Source: an uncultured Spirochaetota bacterium
Lineage (GTDB): Bacteria > Spirochaetota > Brevinematia > Brevinematales > JAOACQ01
Direction of reading: 5' to 3'
Length of the DNA: 64,000 nucleotides
Assembly: GCA_963768055.1 (NCBI GenBank)
Contig: CAVYGN010000001.1
Location: forward strand, 1,440,001 to 1,504,000
In this document: piece by piece, positions 56,528-64,000 of the stretch
Layout: each line of letters starts with the position of its first letter
How positions within the stretch are numbered: the first letter of the stretch is position 1
Made by a program: the position numbers and the translations under genes
The notes under the pieces: generated by a model
The model's database searches: none
Told to the model about the DNA's origin: nothing
The model's input: the letters and a program-made list of their open reading frames with translations, nothing else

Positions 56528-58966
56528 CTTTTCTTCAAATCTTTGTGTGACAATATTGAACTTTTCCGCTATTCTAATAACAAGTTTTATCACTTCCTCA
56601 GGAAGAGACTCTTGCCGCCGGTTTTCTGCGAGCAGATACAATTCGGAATAAATCAGGTTCTGGATCTCATATTTCTCAAAATCTATACCCGCGAAATTCG
56701 TAAAATCAATTACCTTTTCAATATTTTTAAGTTCCCTTACGTTAAGCTTTTTAAATGCGTTATTCATCCTTTTATAAATATAATCCCGGATTATTGGAAG
56801 AATGCTATCGTAATCAATTTTCAAAACCGAAGTTTTCAAAATCCTTATGATATTTGAAAGATAACCAAAATCATATTGTTCTATTTCTGTTTTACCTATT
56901 TTCTCAAGCTCGCCAAGGATGATATCATTAAAAAACTCTTCCAGAGCCAGAAGATCATTTTCATTTATCGATATGTCCAGCCTCCCGTAAGTTTTAACGA
57001 CTTTAAGATAATCGCCGACCCTTCCGTAAGCCTTTTGTTTCATATTATGAAGGTTCTTCATCAATTCACCGAAAATGTTTTCAAGAAGACATACTTTTGA
57101 GTCGTATGTGAGATCATTTTCGGTATATGGGGCGCCGAACCATTTTATAAATGATTTATTGATTTCATCGATGGGCAGCGAGACAATCATCCTGTCGAAA
57201 GAACCTATTATCGAATCGCCCGATTCCTTTATGAAAAATTTGAATTCTTCCCCGTTTCTGAATAGATATGATGCATATTTTATTTCACGGTCAATAAATC
57301 TGTTCCTGATTGTAAAGACAGCTTTAAAAATTTGCGTACCCGATTTTATTCCAAGTTTTTTAAAACTGATAAAACGGATATTATAAAAATAAATATCGAA
57401 TTTATCGCCGGCCTCGGCCTTTTTCCCGGCTGATGATAATTTCAAAATCAATTCTACCGCCATTTTTTTTTCATTAAAAGAACCCTCTTTAACTAAATGC
57501 TCAAAAATCCATTGACCGTTTTGTAATTCTGAAAGATTCGATACCGCCCTGGAAAGAATAGATAAAAATTTTTTGTAAAAGCCGGGCGGAAGTATGTCCC
57601 CTGAAAGTTCGAAAGATTTCCATGCATATTTAAGGTTTTGTATAGTTTCTATACCTGAAATATCGGAGAAAAACCAGCCGCAGCTCGTATACATTAATAA
57701 AGCGTAATGAAGCGATTCCAGTATGGAAAGAATATGTACGTTTTCCCTGCTTTTGGGCCTGATACCCGCCATGCCTTTTAACAAAACAGCCTGAGACTTT
57801 TCCCTGTCGCCAATAGAATCCGAATATATTACAGTAAAATACTCTTTCATGAGTTCCCGGAAGTTTTCAGTCAAGGCGGACAACTCCTTTTCCGCTGCAG
57901 TGTATAAAGTTTCCCTTAAATAATTAAGGGCTTCGCGCAGAGGGGTTCTCCATTTCTGGTCCCATCCCTCCCGGCCCCCTGTACTGCATCCGCAATCACT
58001 CTCCCATCTTCCGACCCCATGCGGACAGCTCCAGGAAGTTCCCTTTCCTTCGCCTTCAATTAACCTTACATGATCTACCGGCGGATACAATTCCACATAG
58101 CGTGCGTAATTAGTCAAAGTAAAATCATGCCTCGTATTGTTCTCGAAGATCAGCCTCGCCAGACACATATCGGCAAAAGGTTCATGATGCCCGTAAGATT
58201 CTCCGTCAGTCGCGGTATGGATCAGAAAATTTTTTTTATCCGTCTTATTGTGAGCCATGATTTCGTTCCTGAAATACTCGACATTCCTGAGTATATGTTC
58301 GAAGCTTATTTTACTGGCAATATCGGTGCTGGTAAAAAATACTGCGATTTCCCCGTTACGTTCGCTTAGAATATACGGTTTTGAAGGATCTGCCGGTCCT
58401 CCGCCGTTTTTGAGAAGACCCTGGCCGGGGGTCAGTATAACGAATTTCATGCCGAATGATATCAGATGTTCGGCAGTCCTGTCATTAATAGCAGTTTCAG
58501 AGAGCCATATTCCTTCGGGGTCCCTGCCAAAATCTTTTTGAAATGAACGTATGCCCCAGTCGATCTCAAGGTCCATTTCATAATCCCCTGCAAGCGGCAT
58601 AATTATATGGTTATAAACCTGGGCTATCGCGTTGCCATGCCCTCCGTTCCTTGCCTCGCTTTTCCTGTCGGCTTCGACAATTCTTTGGAAAGTCAGTCCG
58701 TCTTCCCTTTTGATCCACTTGAGAAGGGTCGGCCCGAAATTAAAGCTTATATACTCGTAATTATTGATTATATCTTCTATTCTTCCGGATCTGTCGAGGA
58801 TGCGTGAAGCCGCGTTGGCTGCGTAACATTCCTTGTTTATTCTTTCATTCCAGTCATGGTACGGATAAGCAGAAGGCTGCCTGTCTATTTCATCAGTTCC
58901 GGGTTCTTCCCTCGGAGGCTGATAAAAATGCCCATGGATGATCACAAATAAATTGTTACCGCTCAT
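56513..58966 (-). CDS. GH57/DUF3536 glycoside hydrolase
   Basis: HGHFYQPPRE, SFNFGPTLL, GIWLSETA, ATDGESYGHH, SWSCPHGVGRW and MYTSCGWFF. Confidence 0.9.
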   Translation of the reverse strand: MSGNNLFVIIHGHFYQPPREEPGTDEIDRQPSAYPYHDWNERINKECYAANAASRILDRSGRIEDIINNYEYISFNFGPTLLKWIKREDGLTFQRIVEADRKSEARNGGHGNAIAQVYNHIIMPLAGDYEMDLEIDWGIRSFQKDFGRDPEGIWLSETAINDRTAEHLISFGMKFVILTPGQGLLKNGGGPADPSKPYILSERNGEIAVFFTSTDIASKISFEHILRNVEYFRNEIMAHNKTDKKNFLIHTATDGESYGHHEPFADMCLARLIFENNTRHDFTLTNYARYVELYPPVDHVRLIEGEGKGTSWSCPHGVGRWESDCGCSTGGREGWDQKWRTPLREALNYLRETLYTAAEKELSALTENFRELMKEYFTVIYSDSIGDREKSQAVLLKGMAGIRPKSRENVHILSILESLHYALLMYTSCGWFFSDISGIETIQNLKYAWKSFELSGDILPPGFYKKFLSILSRAVSNLSELQNGQWIFEHLVKEGSFNEKKMAVELILKLSSAGKKAEAGDKFDIYFYNIRFISFKKLGIKSGTQIFKAVFTIRNRFIDREIKYASYLFRNGEEFKFFIKESGDSIIGSFDRMIVSLPIDEINKSFIKWFGAPYTENDLTYDSKVCLLENIFGELMKNLHNMKQKAYGRVGDYLKVVKTYGRLDISINENDLLALEEFFNDIILGELEKIGKTEIEQYDFGYLSNIIRILKTSVLKIDYDSILPIIRDYIYKRMNNAFKKLNVRELKNIEKVIDFTNFAGIDFEKYEIQNLIYSELYLLAENRRQESLPEEVIKLVIRIAEKFNIVTQRFEEKLRRP

Positions 58967-59050
58967 CGCCCGATTTCCTTATTTAAGACTTTTATAATTA
59001 TAAAAAATATAAAAGGAAACGACAAATTAAAAAGAACGAATCTTGCCGGC

Positions 59051-59126
59051 AGTCGAAAGTCAACAGTATAATTAACAATGATTGGTGATAGCATTACTGT
59101 GGACTGTTGACTATAGACTATCGACT
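59051..59126. repeat. AGTCNNN heptamer repeats in inverted arms (second copy)
   Basis: agtcgaa agtcaac agt ... gtggact gttgact atagact atcgact. Confidence 0.7.
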
Positions 59127-59275
59127 TACGTGCATTCTTTCGAGAATTTTGCGAAAATTAAATTACCTTGATACAATATCATTGTTAAACCCTTATCTTC
59201 CTTTGTGCCTGGTTTTATATATAGTCGTGTTTTGTCGATCTTACATGAGGGTAAATAAGAGCGGGAGGAACTTAA

Positions 59276-61231
59276 GTGAAAGGCTTAAAAATAGGTACAA
59301 AACTCACTCTAACCAATCTTTTGACCCTGGTTCTTTTCTATGTTATCTCAGTGGCTTCAATCTGGTTCCTATTATCGATTAATAACGAATTAAAGTTAAA
59401 AAGTTTCAGGGAAACGATTATCAATGAAAGGAAGCATAATATCGAATCCATAGTAAATGTCGCTTACAGCATTGTGGAAAATAATAATAATTTATATATT
59501 TCAGAGAAGGGGAAAACAAGGGAAAAACTTAGCGATTATAAAGCCGAGGCTACAAACGAACTAAGCATAATGAGATACGATGAAGGTACCGGTTATATAT
59601 TCATAAACGATACGGCCAGGCCCTATCCTTACATGATAATGCACCCCACCCTGCCCGAATTGAACGGGACGATACTCAGCGATCCCAAATTCAACACCGT
59701 GGGACCCGAAAAGAAAAATCTTTTCGTTGCTTTTAACGATATTTGCCAATCGACAGGAGAGGGGTACGTCGAGTACCTCTGGCCCAAACCCAAAGGCAAT
59801 CAGCTCACCGAGTATCAGCCTAAATTGACGTATGTCAAACTCTTTAAACCATGGAATTGGATTATAGGGTCAGGCATTTACATCGATGATATAGACAATA
59901 TTGTTAAAAATGAGAGATCTAAACTTACAGCCGAAACCCTGGATTTTTTCAAATCGCTCAGCCTGACGCTGGCCTTGGTCACTGTCATCATGCTGGTTTT
60001 CGTTTACTTCTATTCTATTCGGATGGTATATCCCTTAAAGCTGATGATAAACTCTATAAAAGAGATTTCTAGCGGATCGGGGAACCTTAGAAAAAAGATT
60101 GCGTACACGCGTAAAGATGAAATAGGCGAGCTTGCCGAAAATTTCAATAAACTTCTGGAAACTCTTGATAGCGATCTCGCGGGAGTGGGGAAAATAGCCC
60201 TTGACGTCAATGCTTCTTCGGAAAATTCCCAGAAACTTGTGGATGTTTTCATTAAACCCAACCTCAATATGATCCAGGATACGACCGGCAAACTTAATGT
60301 GGAAGCTGAAAACGCCACGTCGGGGATCGAAGAACTGACCGCAACGCTGGAAGAGGTCATAAGGAATATTGAAAGTATCATGAACGACATGGTTAAACAG
60401 GCGGCAGCTGTGGAAGAGGGATCGAGCTCTATCGAGGAAATGGCGAGAAACATAGAGAACACCGCCGAAATGTCGAATAAGACGAAGAGTATTTCAACTA
60501 ACCTCAACAGTGTTTCGATAGAAGGAAGTTCTGCTGTTAAAGCCTCGATTCAGTCTATCCGGGAAGTCGCCGAATATTCTCAGCAGATTTTGAAGCTCCT
60601 GGGCCTGATATCCAATATTACCAAGCAGACAAACCTTCTTGCGATGAACGCCGCCATAGAAGCGGCGCATGCGGGGGAAGCCGGGAAGGGATTCGCGATC
60701 GTAGCCGATGAAATAAGAAGACTCTCTGAAGATACGAATAAGAATGCAAGAGATATCGGCGATGTAGTCGCCACCATTGTAGGGCGGATTGACGATTCAG
60801 TAAGGCTCGCTGAAAAGGCAGGTGTAGGCCTCGATATGATAACCGCTTATTCACAGCAGAACGTCCAGATCATCAGCCAGCTTAACGTCGCTGTAGCGGA
60901 GCAGAATAACGGGGCCAAGGAAATACTTAAATCCACCCAGGAACTTGTGAAAATAACCGAAGAGGTTAAGTTATCCATGGTTGAGCAAAAAGATGCGACG
61001 TACGACTTCTCTGCGGCCTTAAAAGATCTCAGAAACCTGTCCCTTGAAAACAAAGAGAGTACGAAAAAACATGTCGCCTCGCTCGACACTCTCCTCAAGA
61101 CTATCGATCAGATCAACGAAAACATAAGGGACAATACCGCTAAAGCCCTCGCTCTAAAACAATACGCCGGAAAATATATCAATTCCGAAAAGGCGAACGA
61201 TGAAAAAACAGGCCTCAAGCTGGTCGAATAG
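59276..61231 (+). CDS. methyl-accepting chemotaxis protein with Cache sensor
   Basis: TM-Cache ([33 protein letters not shown])-TM-HAMP architecture and [33 protein letters not shown]. Confidence 0.95.
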   Translation: MKGLKIGTKLTLTNLLTLVLFYVISVASIWFLLSINNELKLKSFRETIINERKHNIESIVNVAYSIVENNNNLYISEKGKTREKLSDYKAEATNELSIMRYDEGTGYIFINDTARPYPYMIMHPTLPELNGTILSDPKFNTVGPEKKNLFVAFNDICQSTGEGYVEYLWPKPKGNQLTEYQPKLTYVKLFKPWNWIIGSGIYIDDIDNIVKNERSKLTAETLDFFKSLSLTLALVTVIMLVFVYFYSIRMVYPLKLMINSIKEISSGSGNLRKKIAYTRKDEIGELAENFNKLLETLDSDLAGVGKIALDVNASSENSQKLVDVFIKPNLNMIQDTTGKLNVEAENATSGIEELTATLEEVIRNIESIMNDMVKQAAAVEEGSSSIEEMARNIENTAEMSNKTKSISTNLNSVSIEGSSAVKASIQSIREVAEYSQQILKLLGLISNITKQTNLLAMNAAIEAAHAGEAGKGFAIVADEIRRLSEDTNKNARDIGDVVATIVGRIDDSVRLAEKAGVGLDMITAYSQQNVQIISQLNVAVAEQNNGAKEILKSTQELVKITEEVKLSMVEQKDATYDFSAALKDLRNLSLENKESTKKHVASLDTLLKTIDQINENIRDNTAKALALKQYAGKYINSEKANDEKTGLKLVE

Positions 61232-61251
61232 GCTCTGGAATAGGACTTGTC

Positions 61252-62178
61252 CTAGAATAGGATTTTAAAGCCGGAGTCAAGCGCTTCGAAGAGTTCGGGG
61301 TCGAATTTATTTCTGTCCTGTCTGAGCTTCATATAGTGTTCCCTGTTTTCACGCTCCTTAAGGCTCCATTCGCCGGCTATGAGCAGGGCAGCATAATTGG
61401 ATAGCGAAAGAAGCCGCGCAAGAAAAGGCAAATCCATTGCTGCAAGCCCTCTTGGAAATCCGCTGCCGTCCGCGAATTCTTCATGATTAAGAATTGCCTG
61501 TAAAACCTCTTCGGGAAGGTCATGCCTTCCGATCTCGGATTTTATTAAATTATACGCCTCGGTAGGATGCTGATAGAAATTTTCACGGTTGACCTGCAAT
61601 TCAATCCGTTTTTTCTCATGTATTTTTGCATCGTATTTAAAGAACCCGACATTATGCAGCAATGACGAGCTTATTATATTTTCAACCACATTGCCGTCGA
61701 TCATGCCGGAATGGGCGGTAAGGGTATAATTATAGTATGTCAGAAGGGCTATGTAACATGTGTAAAGAGAATTTTCGAACAGCTTTGTCGAGAAAGCTTT
61801 CATCTGCGAAAGCTTCCAGACAATATAATCGGATTCCCTTATTGTCGAATCAAGATATTTAACGATAAAGTCCAGCCTTTCATGAGTGATCTTTTTCCCG
61901 AAATAACTTTTTTTAAAAAAAGTTATTATATAATCCGACCATTTTATCCTCTTATTCTCTTCGATATAATGAGGAATAGCTGTTCTGACAAAAATAGTTT
62001 TGTAAGGTTCTTCCTTGTACATTTCTTTCAGTTTTAAAACATCCTTTTCAGAAAGGATCTTCTGCGTCCCCAGGAGGAGCTTCATTCCGGAATCGAGAAC
62101 AGGTTCGATCAGGCAGTAGTTTTTTCCTTTTTTAACTTCCGCTTCAAGAGCGCTTAAGAATAGTGAGAATTGTTCCAT
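61252..62178 (-). CDS. degenerate HD-GYP domain protein
   Basis: SLLHNVG, YQHP, ILNHEEFADGSGFPRGL and ARLLSLSNY..FDP. Confidence 0.75.
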   Translation of the reverse strand: MEQFSLFLSALEAEVKKGKNYCLIEPVLDSGMKLLLGTQKILSEKDVLKLKEMYKEEPYKTIFVRTAIPHYIEENKRIKWSDYIITFFKKSYFGKKITHERLDFIVKYLDSTIRESDYIVWKLSQMKAFSTKLFENSLYTCYIALLTYYNYTLTAHSGMIDGNVVENIISSSLLHNVGFFKYDAKIHEKKRIELQVNRENFYQHPTEAYNLIKSEIGRHDLPEEVLQAILNHEEFADGSGFPRGLAAMDLPFLARLLSLSNYAALLIAGEWSLKERENREHYMKLRQDRNKFDPELFEALDSGFKILF

Positions 62179-62197
62179 TAATTATGCCCCATTTCAG

Positions 62198-64000
<1,803 letters not shown>

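Overview
A 64-kb stretch of core chromosome from a bacterium, most likely a spirochaete. This is inferred from a spirochaete-type FlaB flagellin with a CsrA-type leader and from the DUF2225/ComFB/SpoIIE/STAS gene block. It holds about 50 CDS (including mreBCD, thiL, nadE, recX, ahcY, flaB, htpG, trpB2, rnhC, guaB and partial dapB and spoIID), three tRNAs (Arg-CCG, Pro-CGG, Gly-TCC) and several small non-coding repeat families. I saw no CRISPR array, rRNA, prophage or intact transposase. The most notable items are: (1) a tightly coupled TrpB2 / ATP-grasp::FMN alpha-hydroxy-acid oxidase fusion / radical SAM / M23 operon; (2) an MreB whose conserved catalytic Glu (E. coli E143) is Ala, with two nearby charged substitutions; (3) a cap-less HAD phosphatase fused to an Smr nuclease domain; (4) a methanoredoxin-like CVWC glutaredoxin paired with an FTR-rubredoxin reductase; (5) an unexplained GC-rich structured element at 10.2 kb; (6) several candidate cyclic-dinucleotide receptors; (7) MITE/REP-like elements, including hairpins with compensatory changes. 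All calls come from motif recognition by eye; no database searches were run.
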